DNA of 64,000 nucleotides, taken from contig OY970355.1 of assembly GCA_963718525.1 (NCBI GenBank), positions 704,001 through 768,000 on the forward strand. Direction: 5' to 3'. Every line of letters starts with the position of its first letter. Within the stretch, counting starts at the first letter, position 1. Below are positions 40,226 to 49,406 of this stretch, piece by piece. The position numbers and the translations under genes are program-made. The stretch comes from Candidatus Dormiibacterota bacterium. GTDB lineage: Bacteria; Chloroflexota; Dormibacteria; Aeolococcales; Aeolococcaceae. The notes under the pieces are model-generated. The model saw nothing but the letters and a program-made list of their open reading frames with translations. It made no database searches and was not told the DNA's origin.

Positions 40226-40624
40226 ATGGCGAGCCTCGATCCCGGTCAGAGCATGGTCTTCGACGCCCTGTACGGGCTCGAGTTCGGCGAGACCACATCG
40301 GAGCACATGACCGCGTCGTGCCCGGTCACCCCGAAGGTCGTCCAGCCGTTCGGCATCGTCCACGGCGGCGTCTTCTGCGCCATGGCCGAGACGATCACGT
40401 CAGTCGGCACCTACCTCGGCGTCAAGGAGGGCGGCAACATCGCCGTAGGGATGTCTAACAACATGAGCTTCCTCCGCCCGATCACCACCGGCACCATCCA
40501 CGCCGATGCGAAGCCGCGTCACCGCGGGCGCACCACCTGGATCTGGGACGTGGAGATCACCAACGACGACGGCGCGCTCTGCGCCATCGGCCGGGTGACC
40601 ATCGCGGTCAGGCCCCGGCCCTAG
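40226..40624 (+). CDS. PaaI/hotdog-fold thioesterase
   Basis: QPFGIVHGG...AET, SFLRP and HRGRTT.IW motifs. Confidence 0.92.
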   Translation: MASLDPGQSMVFDALYGLEFGETTSEHMTASCPVTPKVVQPFGIVHGGVFCAMAETITSVGTYLGVKEGGNIAVGMSNNMSFLRPITTGTIHADAKPRHRGRTTWIWDVEITNDDGALCAIGRVTIAVRPRP

Positions 40625-41027
40625 CCTCCTGGCGATCGACGAGCCGCTTTGCGGCAGCGGCGCCTCCGGCCGACGCGGCCGCACTCACGCCCCGCAGCAC
40701 GATCTTCTGCCAGATCGGCGTCTTGTCGCCGCCCTTCTTGATGTCCTTGCGCAGCTCGTGGAGCTCGGCGACGAGTTCCTCCAGCGTCACCGGATCCGCC
40801 TCCTGCTCCTCCTTGTCGCCGCGTAAGCGCGAGCGGACTATCACAATCGTTCCGATGAGCACGATCGCTCCACCCGCGATGGCCGCATAGCGCGGTCCAT
40901 CCCGGCGCAGGCGCGCTTTCCAGTCGAGCTCGGCTCGCACCTTCTCCTCCAGCCGGCTCGCGCTCTGCGCGAGCGCCGCCTTGGTCAGCTCCCGCTGACG
41001 CTGCGCTTCGTCAGTTCCCGGAGCCAC
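40608..41027 (-). CDS. Hypothetical membrane protein (DUF3618-like partner of holin-like gene)
   Basis: Overlaps the upstream holin-like gene; helix plus TM segment; start uncertain. Confidence 0.55.
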   Translation of the reverse strand: MAPGTDEAQRQRELTKAALAQSASRLEEKVRAELDWKARLRRDGPRYAAIAGGAIVLIGTIVIVRSRLRGDKEEQEADPVTLEELVAELHELRKDIKKGGDKTPIWQKIVLRGVSAAASAGGAAAAKRLVDRQEARAGA

Positions 41028-41416
41028 TCGGCATCCTCCTTCAAGGTTTCCTGCACGTTCTTCCGCCCCCGTTTGATCGCCTTTCTCGCACGCGACTGGC
41101 CGAAGTAGATGAGCACAACCGCGAGAATCAGGAAGATCCCGCCCAGCGCCGCCCACCGCGCCCACTCGCTGCCGAGGATGTTGAGCCCGGACGGCAGCGC
41201 CCCCAACGCCTCGATCACGCCGATCAGCAGGAACACAGCCGCAAACATGATCAAGGCGATCGCAATCGCGAGCTGTATCACCGCTCGTTTCAGTTCCGAC
41301 GCGACGAGGTTCAGGTCCGCGCGAGCGAGCTTGACGGCATCCTCGACCACCTGACGAGCGAGCGTGATGGGGTCGGTGCTGTCAGGCGCGTCGCCGTCCA
41401 CGGTACCTCCAGACAT
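40985..41416 (-). CDS. Actinobacterial holin-X/YhjD-like membrane protein
   Basis: V.DAVKLA.A.L.L...ELK, two TM helices, ETLKEDAEWL. Confidence 0.75.
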   Translation of the reverse strand: MSGGTVDGDAPDSTDPITLARQVVEDAVKLARADLNLVASELKRAVIQLAIAIALIMFAAVFLLIGVIEALGALPSGLNILGSEWARWAALGGIFLILAVVLIYFGQSRARKAIKRGRKNVQETLKEDAEWLRELTKRSVSGS

Positions 41417-41527
41417 CCGATCGGGAGCTCAACGCGACACTGCAGTGCGGCGCGTCGCCCGCAAGCTCACCCAAACTCGCAAGGTTGCATGATACTTGCG
41501 CGTACCCGGGGGGGCGTAACCCGACCC

Positions 41528-41746
41528 ATGTCAACCCCGTTGGACACGCAGATGGCGGATATCTCTCCACTTCAACGACTCCCCCGCGGCGGGCCCGATG
41601 GTTCTGCTGATCTGGCGGTTCGCGTCCGCTACCTTCGCCGCAGCCGTCGCTTTGCGACCGGCCGCATGTGGATCACCCTCTGGGTCACCGCCTTCGCAGT
41701 GGTGGGCTGGCTGTTCATCGCGGGGTTCGCCGGCTTCAACCACTGA
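41528..41746 (+). CDS. Small membrane protein
   Basis: C-terminal TM helix. Confidence 0.45.
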   Translation: MSTPLDTQMADISPLQRLPRGGPDGSADLAVRVRYLRRSRRFATGRMWITLWVTAFAVVGWLFIAGFAGFNH

Positions 41747-41771
41747 GCCGGAAGGACCGAGCGGCGATCTC

Positions 41772-43268
41772 TCAGTCGATCAGCTCGCGGAGGTCTTGGA
41801 GCTGGAGTGAGATCCATCGCGTGATGTCATTGGTTCGGACCACGTCGCGAATCTTTGCCTGGCGGGCCTTCTTCTGGCCCTCATCCATCATCAGCCCGAG
41901 GTAGAGGGCCTCCGCCGTCTCGTCGATGTCGAACGGATTGACGGTGATCGCCCATTCGCCGAGCTCCTCGTGTGAGCCGGCGTTCTCGCTGAGCACCAGC
42001 ACACCGTCGCGCTGGTTGACGAGCGGTCCCTCCTTGGCGACAAGGTTCATCCCGTCGTAGATCGGATTGACGAGGAGCACATCGAAGATGCGGTATCCGG
42101 CGATTGCGCGCTCCATGTTGTCCTCGATCTCGACGCGGATCGGCGTCCATCCGCCGCGACTGTATTCGCGATTGATGCGCGCCGCCACTCGCAACACGCT
42201 CCCGAGGTAGGCGCGATAGTCGTCGATGTCCTGCCGGCTCGGTTGCAGGAATGCCCAGAACATGACGTCGCCGGTCAGCTCGGGATGAGCCTCGAGCATG
42301 CGCTCGTATGCGAGAAAACCGCGCACGATGTTCTTGCTCAGGTCAGTGCGGTCGACGCGCAGGATCAGGTGTTTCGGACGCCACTGGTCGATGCGTTCGA
42401 TTTCCGCCAGCACCGCGGGTTGTTCGGAATGCTGGATGAACGTCTTCGGATCGACGCTGATCGGGTAGTTGCGCACCCACACCGCGCGCCCTTCCGAGAA
42501 CACCGTGCGCTCGCGATGGTCGACCGTCAGACCGAGGTTCTGCTCGCACGTCATCAGGAAGTTGCGGACGTCGCGTGACGTCTGGAAGCCGATGATGTCC
42601 GAGCCGAGCAGGCCGTGCACGATCGCATCGCGGATGTGCCGCGGCAGCACCGTCCAGTACTGCGGCGTCGGCCACGGGATGTGCACGAAATGCTGGATGC
42701 GCACGTCGGGACGCTGTTCGCGGATCAGTCCCGGCACGCAGTACATCTGATAGTCCTGCACGAACACCACCGCCGGTTTGTCCGCGCCGTCGACCTCCGC
42801 GATCACACGGTCCGCGACGAGCCGGTTCACCTTGACGTACCCGTCGCGCCACGCCCGGTGGATGGTCTCGTCGACGACCGGTTCACGAGCCAGGTCCCAC
42901 AGGTAGTGCTGGATGAACCAGAGCAGCGGGTTCGAGATGACGTTGTAGTAGAGGTCATATGCCTCGGTGGTCGGCTCCACGAAGGCAACCTTGAGCGTGG
43001 TCCCGTCCTCGGTGGTCAGCTCGGCCGGATCACCCCGTTCCGCGAGCTTGCGATCCGAGGCATCGCGGGCCAGCGCGACCCACACGGCCTCGGTCGCCGA
43101 GGCGAGCGAGGTCATCGCGGTGACCAGACCCCCTGCACCCTTGACCAGCCGCTCCGAGGTGCCCCGATACGGGTCTGCGTTGTGCAGGACCAGCGGGGCC
43201 CGGTTGGCGACGATGATGGGCTGGACGCTGCCGAGGATCCTGCGCGTGTACGGCTCGATCGCCGACAA
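41772..43268 (-). CDS. otsA: Trehalose-6-phosphate synthase (GT20)
   Basis: VANRAP, GGLV, QDYQ, HIPWP, RVDRTD.SKN and DGMNLVAKE motifs. Confidence 0.9.
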   Translation of the reverse strand: MSAIEPYTRRILGSVQPIIVANRAPLVLHNADPYRGTSERLVKGAGGLVTAMTSLASATEAVWVALARDASDRKLAERGDPAELTTEDGTTLKVAFVEPTTEAYDLYYNVISNPLLWFIQHYLWDLAREPVVDETIHRAWRDGYVKVNRLVADRVIAEVDGADKPAVVFVQDYQMYCVPGLIREQRPDVRIQHFVHIPWPTPQYWTVLPRHIRDAIVHGLLGSDIIGFQTSRDVRNFLMTCEQNLGLTVDHRERTVFSEGRAVWVRNYPISVDPKTFIQHSEQPAVLAEIERIDQWRPKHLILRVDRTDLSKNIVRGFLAYERMLEAHPELTGDVMFWAFLQPSRQDIDDYRAYLGSVLRVAARINREYSRGGWTPIRVEIEDNMERAIAGYRIFDVLLVNPIYDGMNLVAKEGPLVNQRDGVLVLSENAGSHEELGEWAITVNPFDIDETAEALYLGLMMDEGQKKARQAKIRDVVRTNDITRWISLQLQDLRELID

Positions 43269-43367
43269 AGGCTCAACTCCTTCTCACGCCGAGCGGGGCC
43301 TGCCCGCCGAGCCCATGCTACCGGGACCGTCCTTGCGAGGGCCTCAGCGGCCACAATCCGATGGCAC

Positions 43368-44261
43368 ATGGCCCATCCCCTCGCCGAATATCGCGTCGAT
43401 ACGGCGCGCCTGACGCTCTCGGTGCGAGACCACGCCGGTGGCGAGCCGTCCATCCTCGCGCTCCACGGCCTGGCGAGCAATGCGCGCTGGTGGGATCTCG
43501 TCGCGGAGGATCTCGTTCCCGCATATCGGGTGATCTCGGTGGACCTGCCGGGTCATGGCAAGAGCGATCGGCCGGACTCGGGCTACGACTTCGACACGGT
43601 GTCGAGCGACCTCGAGGGACTGCTTGCGGCGATCCGCCACCCTGAGCCGGTGGTGGTGGTCGGGCACAGCTGGGGCGCGACGGTCGCCCTCGCGTTCGCC
43701 GCGAACCACCCGGAGTTGGCGCTCGGCGTCGTCTGCATCGATGGCGGCGCCGGCGACCTCAAGGCGTACTTCGGCCCGAGCTGGGAGATGGCCGAGCAGA
43801 CCATGCGCCCGCCGGCGCTGAAGGGCGTGACCCCGGCGATGCTGCGCGCGTGGATGGACTCGTCGCCGCTGCGCGACGGGTCTGACCCGGACACTGCGGC
43901 CGCGATCCTGATGGGCAACTTCGAGGACGACGGCACCGGCGCCGGCACCCTCCGCCCGCGCCTCTCGCTCGAGCACCACATGGAGATTGCCCACCACCTC
44001 TTCGACGCCAATGGGTTCGAGCTGATGGCGAAGGTGCGCTGTCCGATGCTCTTCATTCCCGCCGGTCATCCCGACCACGAGGACTCGCCGAAGGTGCGGT
44101 CGATCGAGCGAGCCAGGGAGGTGGTGGGCGATCGCGCACGCTTCGTGTGGATCGACGGAGTGCACGACCTCCCGGTGCAGCGGCCGAAGCAGGTCGCGCA
44201 GGCGATCGCGGCATTCGTCGACGAGCTGGTGGCTCAGCCGAGCAGCACGTCCCAGAAGTAG
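43368..44261 (+). CDS. Alpha/beta hydrolase
   Basis: LHGL, DLPGHG.S, GHSWG nucleophile elbow, GVHD. Confidence 0.9.
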   Translation: MAHPLAEYRVDTARLTLSVRDHAGGEPSILALHGLASNARWWDLVAEDLVPAYRVISVDLPGHGKSDRPDSGYDFDTVSSDLEGLLAAIRHPEPVVVVGHSWGATVALAFAANHPELALGVVCIDGGAGDLKAYFGPSWEMAEQTMRPPALKGVTPAMLRAWMDSSPLRDGSDPDTAAAILMGNFEDDGTGAGTLRPRLSLEHHMEIAHHLFDANGFELMAKVRCPMLFIPAGHPDHEDSPKVRSIERAREVVGDRARFVWIDGVHDLPVQRPKQVAQAIAAFVDELVAQPSSTSQK

Positions 44262-45760
44262 CGCTCGCTCCGGGGCACGCCCTGATCGACGTGGATGTGC
44301 TTCACCTCGGTGTACTCGAGCAGGCCCGCTCGTCCGTGCTCGCGACCGATGCCGCTCTGCTTGTAACCCCCGAACGGCGCGAGCGGGTTGAGCAGGTGCC
44401 AGTCGTTGATCCAGACCGTCCCGGTACGCAGCTGTTTGGCGATCTCGATGGCGCCGCGCGTGTCGCGCGACCACACGCCGCCCGCGAGTCCGTAGATCGT
44501 CCGGTTGGCGCGCTGGATCACCTCGCCGAGGTCGCTCCAGCGCTGCACCGCGAGGACCGGTCCGAAGATCTCTTCGGTGCCGGCGTGCGAGTCGGGCGAC
44601 ACATTGGTGAGCACGGTTGGCTGGATGAAGAAGCCGCGGTCGCCGACGTTGGGCGCTCGCCCGCCGCCGCAGGCGACGGTCGCTCCCTCCTGCTTCGCCC
44701 GCTCGATCGCGGCCAAGATCATGTCGTACTGAGCGCGGTTGATCACCGGGCCGACCTGGGTGTCGAAGTCGGCCGCGTCACCCACACGCAGCGACGCCGC
44801 TCCGTCGACGAGACGGTCGACAAAGGTGTCGTAGATGTCGTCGTGGACGAAGAGGCGGGTGCCCGATTCGCACATCTGACCCTGATGGAAGAAGGTGCCG
44901 AAGAGCGCGCCATCGACCGCGATATCGAGGTCCGCATCCGGGCAGACGATGTTCGCGGACTTGCCGCCGAGCTCGAGCGTCACCTTCTTTATGGTGGGTG
45001 CGGCAGCTGCGAGGATCTTGCGGCCGGTGGCGGTGGATCCTGTGAAGGCCACCTTGTCCACGTCTGGGTTCTCGACGAGCTCGATGCCCGCGTCAACGCT
45101 GTCCCCGGTGACGACGTTGAGCACGCCTTTGGGGAGCAGGCCCGTTTCGTCGATGGCGCGAGCGACCGCCAGTGCGGACAGCGGCGTCTGCGGCGCCGGC
45201 TTCAGGACGATCGAGTTGCCCATGGCGAGCGCCGGCGCGATCTTCCACATCGCGAAGATCAACGGGTAGTTCCACGGGATGATCCCGGCGCACACGCCCA
45301 CCGGCTCGCGCTGCACGAAGTTCCAGGAGACGTAGGGGGAATCGATCCAGGGCAGCGGCTCGTACCAGGGCACGCCAAGCGCCTGCTCGGCCATGCTCCG
45401 GAACCACTCGATGGCGAGGGGCACATCGACCACAGAGGTCTTGCGCAGCGCAGCGCCGGCATTCTGCGATTCGAGCAGCCCCCAGTCGTCCGAGACCTCC
45501 TGGAGGTGCTCGACGATCTGGAACATGATCTGGGTGCGCTGCAACTGCGACTTGAGGCGCCAGTCCCCGGCTTCGAAGGAGCGGCGTGCGGCAGCGACGG
45601 CCCGGCGGGCGTCGGCCCGCGTGCTCGCCGGCGCGACGGCCATGACCTCTTCGGTGGACGGGTTGATGACGTCATAGGTGTGTCCGTCCTCGGCTCCGAC
45701 CCACTCACCGTCGATGTACTGCTGATACGTCGTCACCTCGGGCTCGACGACCGCTGTCAC
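44234..45760 (-). CDS. Aldehyde dehydrogenase
   Basis: PWNYP, FTGST, LELGGKS, GQMC and EEIFGP motifs. Confidence 0.96.
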   Translation of the reverse strand: MTAVVEPEVTTYQQYIDGEWVGAEDGHTYDVINPSTEEVMAVAPASTRADARRAVAAARRSFEAGDWRLKSQLQRTQIMFQIVEHLQEVSDDWGLLESQNAGAALRKTSVVDVPLAIEWFRSMAEQALGVPWYEPLPWIDSPYVSWNFVQREPVGVCAGIIPWNYPLIFAMWKIAPALAMGNSIVLKPAPQTPLSALAVARAIDETGLLPKGVLNVVTGDSVDAGIELVENPDVDKVAFTGSTATGRKILAAAAPTIKKVTLELGGKSANIVCPDADLDIAVDGALFGTFFHQGQMCESGTRLFVHDDIYDTFVDRLVDGAASLRVGDAADFDTQVGPVINRAQYDMILAAIERAKQEGATVACGGGRAPNVGDRGFFIQPTVLTNVSPDSHAGTEEIFGPVLAVQRWSDLGEVIQRANRTIYGLAGGVWSRDTRGAIEIAKQLRTGTVWINDWHLLNPLAPFGGYKQSGIGREHGRAGLLEYTEVKHIHVDQGVPRSERYFWDVLLG

Positions 45761-45943
45761 TGACCACCTCCACCGCCCTGGGCCGCTGTTGACACCGGTG
45801 TCGATTATGCGGCGGGAGCTTGAGCGCTCTCATCGTGCCCCTCGCCTGACGACAGCCGTGGCGGTGCGCATTTGTCCGCGCCGCTGCGGCTACCATACCC
45901 TACGATACTGTCATTCTGCGAGCGCATACAGTGGAGTGGCGGC

Positions 45944-47110
45944 ATGGATCAGATCGAGTTCGCCGACGGCTTCGACAGACCAGACACGATCGCGTTCGGG
46001 CTCGGCGCCGGGCAGGTCGCCGTGGTCATGGCCTGCGCGCTTGCCGCGTATTCGCTGGTGCGCTCGCCGCTGCCGCCCGCGTTTGTCGACCCGATCGCCG
46101 GATTGCTCGTGGTTGCGGCGGCTGCGCTCGGGTGGCTGAGAGTCGAGGGGCGGCCGGCGCTCGACTGGGCGATCTTCGCCGGACGTTTCTGGATGCGTCC
46201 GCGCCGGGGGATGACCCGGTGGGAGCTCGCGACCACCACCCCGGGTGACGACGCCCAGCCTGCGCCGGGCACCGCTGCACAAGGGGCTGTCATTGAGCTC
46301 TTCGCTGCGCGCGGCACGCCTCCCGCGAGCGACCCGGGAACGCCGCCCGTGCTTCGCCCCATCAGCCGGGGGAGTGGCGCGCGACGGGTGACCTTCTTCT
46401 CCCTGCGAGGCGGCACCGGGCGCAGCACGCTGGCCACCGAACTCGCGTGCCTGCTCGCCGCCAGCCATAGCGAACAGCGCGCGGCTCCTCGGGTGGCACT
46501 CGTCGATCTCGACCTGCGCAGTCCGAGCGTGGCAGTCCGCCTCGGTACGCCGGAGCAGACGCTGCTCGACTACGCGCTCGCCCCGCCCGAAGAGAGACGA
46601 GTCGTCGACTTCATGGCCACCCACTCGTCCGGCGTCCGCCTGCTGCTCGGTCCACAGCGCCCCGTGAATCCCGAGTGGCCGGTGACGCCGGCGCTCCTCC
46701 GCGAGGTGCTTCGCGAGCTGGACATGGAGGCGTTCGACCTCGTGGTTCTGGACGTGTCGCCAGAGCTGTCACCACTGAACACCACGGCGATCTGCGCGTG
46801 CGATGACGTGTTCGTGGTGGTCGTGCCCACAGCGGGCGGTGTGCAGGATGCGTATCGGAGCACGGCGGCACTTCGCGGCCTCGGGCTGCGCCATCAGCTC
46901 CGCTACGTCGTCAATCGATCCAGGCCCGAGACGGACCTGAGTGAGCCGATGGCCGACCTCGGCGGTCAGGTGATTGGCGATATTCCGGACGACGAGTCGG
47001 TGGTCACCGCAGAGAATGCGCATCGACTCGTGACCCTCGACGAGTCGGCTCCTGCGGCGATCGCCCTCCGCCGACTCGCGCGCAGGGTCGGGAGCGAGCT
47101 GCACGCCTAG
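45944..47110 (+). CDS. PrgI (VirB3-like) membrane domain fused to MinD/CpaE-like P-loop domain
   Basis: N-terminal DRPDTIAFGL..GQ plus two TM helices; FFSLRGGTGRSTLA, LVDLDL, VVLD and VVNR motifs. Confidence 0.7.
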   Translation: MDQIEFADGFDRPDTIAFGLGAGQVAVVMACALAAYSLVRSPLPPAFVDPIAGLLVVAAAALGWLRVEGRPALDWAIFAGRFWMRPRRGMTRWELATTTPGDDAQPAPGTAAQGAVIELFAARGTPPASDPGTPPVLRPISRGSGARRVTFFSLRGGTGRSTLATELACLLAASHSEQRAAPRVALVDLDLRSPSVAVRLGTPEQTLLDYALAPPEERRVVDFMATHSSGVRLLLGPQRPVNPEWPVTPALLREVLRELDMEAFDLVVLDVSPELSPLNTTAICACDDVFVVVVPTAGGVQDAYRSTAALRGLGLRHQLRYVVNRSRPETDLSEPMADLGGQVIGDIPDDESVVTAENAHRLVTLDESAPAAIALRRLARRVGSELHA

Positions 47111-49305
47111 TGGCCGGACTCAGCATCCGGGGCTGGCGGCCATCGGCGGCACCGGGACTCGCTGCGAAGATCGAGATCCGCGGAGACCATTGCGAGTACA
47201 CCGGGCGGGTTTCCGCAGTGCTCGCGACCAGCGAGTTGGACATCGATGCGCTGGATCCCGCGCGCAAGGCGGCTGCATCGGCGTCGTTCGCGCGCCTCTG
47301 CCACACGTTGCAGACCCCGATGCAGCTGCTCGTCCGCGTCCGGCTCCTCGACGCACCAGACGAACCGATCGCTGATGGCCCTCATGCCCATCTCGATGAC
47401 GCGATGCACCGGCACTGGACTGAACAGATCCTCGACGGCAACCGGCACACCCGTCAGGTCCTGGTCGCGCTGAGTGCCTCGACGCCATCGGCGCTTGACG
47501 CGGCGTGTGCGCACGCGAGCGATCGCCTCGGAGCGCTCGGCGTCATCGCGACGCGCCTCCAGGACGGCCCGCTGATGGACGCGCTCACCGCCGGCCTCGA
47601 GACGAAGTGCGATTGGTACGAGTATCCGAAACACGTCGCGATCGGCGGGATGCTGGTGCGCGGTCATGCGCTTCGGCGTCTTCCCGGCCACGCGGTGGGG
47701 GCGGGCTGGCTGGCACCGCTGCTCAGCGTGCAGACCGAGTGCGACATCGCGATCCACGTGGTGCCGGCACCCCTCGGCGAAGCCCTCGGCCGCCTGAGCA
47801 GGCGACTGCGTGATCTCTCCGCACATCGCATGCTCGAGGTCGAGCGAGGCGCGCTCGGTGACGTGCACGTCGACATCGGTTTCAACTCGGCAACCGCACT
47901 CCGCGAGAGGCTGGCACGCAACCAGGGACGTCCGCTCCATCTCTCAGTCGTGGCAACGGTTCGCGGCGATTCCCTCGACAGCGTGCACGCCCGTGGCGAG
48001 ACGTTGCGCGTGGCATTCGCGTCGTCGCTCATCGGCGTCGAGGCAACGCACTTCCGCCACATGGCCGCGCTGGTCAGCACGCTCCCACTCGGCGTCGAAG
48101 CGCTGAGCGCCGGCAAGCTCGTCGACTCTGCGGCCGCGGCCACGTGCATCCCGTGGGTCGAGACAGGATGCTCGGATCCAGGCGGATACCGGCTCGGCGC
48201 GGCGATCACCTCCGGACTTCCGGTCAAGGTCGCGCCGTTCGACACCACGCGCCATCCCAACCCGAACATCGCCGTCTTCGCAGCCTCAGGCCACGGCAAG
48301 AGCTTCGCGATCGGCACGCTCGTGCTCGAAGCCGCGGTCACAGGCGTGAACTCGGTGATCATCGATCCCGAGGGCGAGTACCGCGGCCTGGTCCGCGCGC
48401 TCGGCGGGCGCTACCTCGAGCTCGCGCCCGGCACCGGCGCCGCAGTCAACGTGTTCGAAGGCGCCGGCAATGATCCCGAAGCGGCGATTGCCGCGGTGGT
48501 TGACCTCGTCACCGTGCTGTGCGGCGATCAACTCGGCGAGGTGGAGCGCGCCGTCATCGACGCCGCAGCGCGGGCGGGTCTCGAGCGTGCGGCGGGCGAC
48601 CACCGCGTCCCGCTCCTCGAGGACTGCATTCCCACGCTCGATGTCGACGCGCGCCCCGTTGCCGCTGTGGTCCGGCGCTTCTGCACCGGAGGCCTCGGTG
48701 CCCTCTTCAACCGTCCCACGTCGCTCGCCGTCGATTCCGGCGTGTGCGCCATCTCGCTGCGAGACATGCCGCCCGAGCATGTTGCGGCCGCGACGCTCAT
48801 CGTCGCGCGTTGGTTGTGGGAGCTGGTGCAGCGCGACCGGCGGCGCCGTCATATCGTGTTCGACGAGGTTGGCGCGCTCTGCGTGCACCGCCCCCTGCGC
48901 GACCTGCTCGTGCAGCTCGCGCGACGCTGCCGCAAGTACAGCGCATCGCTGGTGGTGGCGACGCAGAACGCGCAGGACCTGCTCGGCACCGATGAGGGCA
49001 GCGTGATCGCGACCAATTGCGCAGTGGTCCTCCTGGGTGGTCATCGAGCGGCGGAAACCGCGCGAATGGAACGTGCGTTCGGCCTCACCGAGGCGCAGCG
49101 AGGCTTCCTCGAGACCGCATCTCGCGGCGAGTTCCTGCTCCTCGCGGGCGATCGGCGCGTTGCCATGCGCATCGAGGTTCCGGAGGTACACCGGTCCATA
49201 CTCAATGGCGAATTCGCGGCGCAGTACCCCCTTGACGGCAGCCCTCCCGACTCGCAAGATATGGGGGCTCCCGGACGGCTGAGCCCCAAGATATGGGATC
49301 ATTAA
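47110..49305 (+). CDS. VirB4/TraE-like HerA-FtsK superfamily ATPase
   Basis: NPNIAVFAASGHGKS, IIDPEGEY, IVFDEV, RCRKY...ATQ and RGEFLL motifs. Confidence 0.85.
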   Translation: MAGLSIRGWRPSAAPGLAAKIEIRGDHCEYTGRVSAVLATSELDIDALDPARKAAASASFARLCHTLQTPMQLLVRVRLLDAPDEPIADGPHAHLDDAMHRHWTEQILDGNRHTRQVLVALSASTPSALDAACAHASDRLGALGVIATRLQDGPLMDALTAGLETKCDWYEYPKHVAIGGMLVRGHALRRLPGHAVGAGWLAPLLSVQTECDIAIHVVPAPLGEALGRLSRRLRDLSAHRMLEVERGALGDVHVDIGFNSATALRERLARNQGRPLHLSVVATVRGDSLDSVHARGETLRVAFASSLIGVEATHFRHMAALVSTLPLGVEALSAGKLVDSAAAATCIPWVETGCSDPGGYRLGAAITSGLPVKVAPFDTTRHPNPNIAVFAASGHGKSFAIGTLVLEAAVTGVNSVIIDPEGEYRGLVRALGGRYLELAPGTGAAVNVFEGAGNDPEAAIAAVVDLVTVLCGDQLGEVERAVIDAAARAGLERAAGDHRVPLLEDCIPTLDVDARPVAAVVRRFCTGGLGALFNRPTSLAVDSGVCAISLRDMPPEHVAAATLIVARWLWELVQRDRRRRHIVFDEVGALCVHRPLRDLLVQLARRCRKYSASLVVATQNAQDLLGTDEGSVIATNCAVVLLGGHRAAETARMERAFGLTEAQRGFLETASRGEFLLLAGDRRVAMRIEVPEVHRSILNGEFAAQYPLDGSPPDSQDMGAPGRLSPKIWDH
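49232..49299 (+). promoter_or_regulatory. nrdJ promoter with tandem NrdR boxes
   Basis: CAAGATATGGG cores at 49255 and 49287 (32-bp spacing); TTGACG at 49232 with CAAGAT 17 nt later. Confidence 0.75.
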
Positions 49306-49406
49306 CGTGATCTCACCACTGGAGATAGGGGCTCGAGGTCGCCAGGGCGCGGTCCTGCACACGTCTCTGCACAATGAAGCGCCCACCAGCTAGAAGAGGA
49401 AAGACC

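Noticed and set aside
40985-41416. Prophage suggested by the holin-like gene
   Set aside because: This family is commonly chromosomal and no phage structural or lysis genes are nearby
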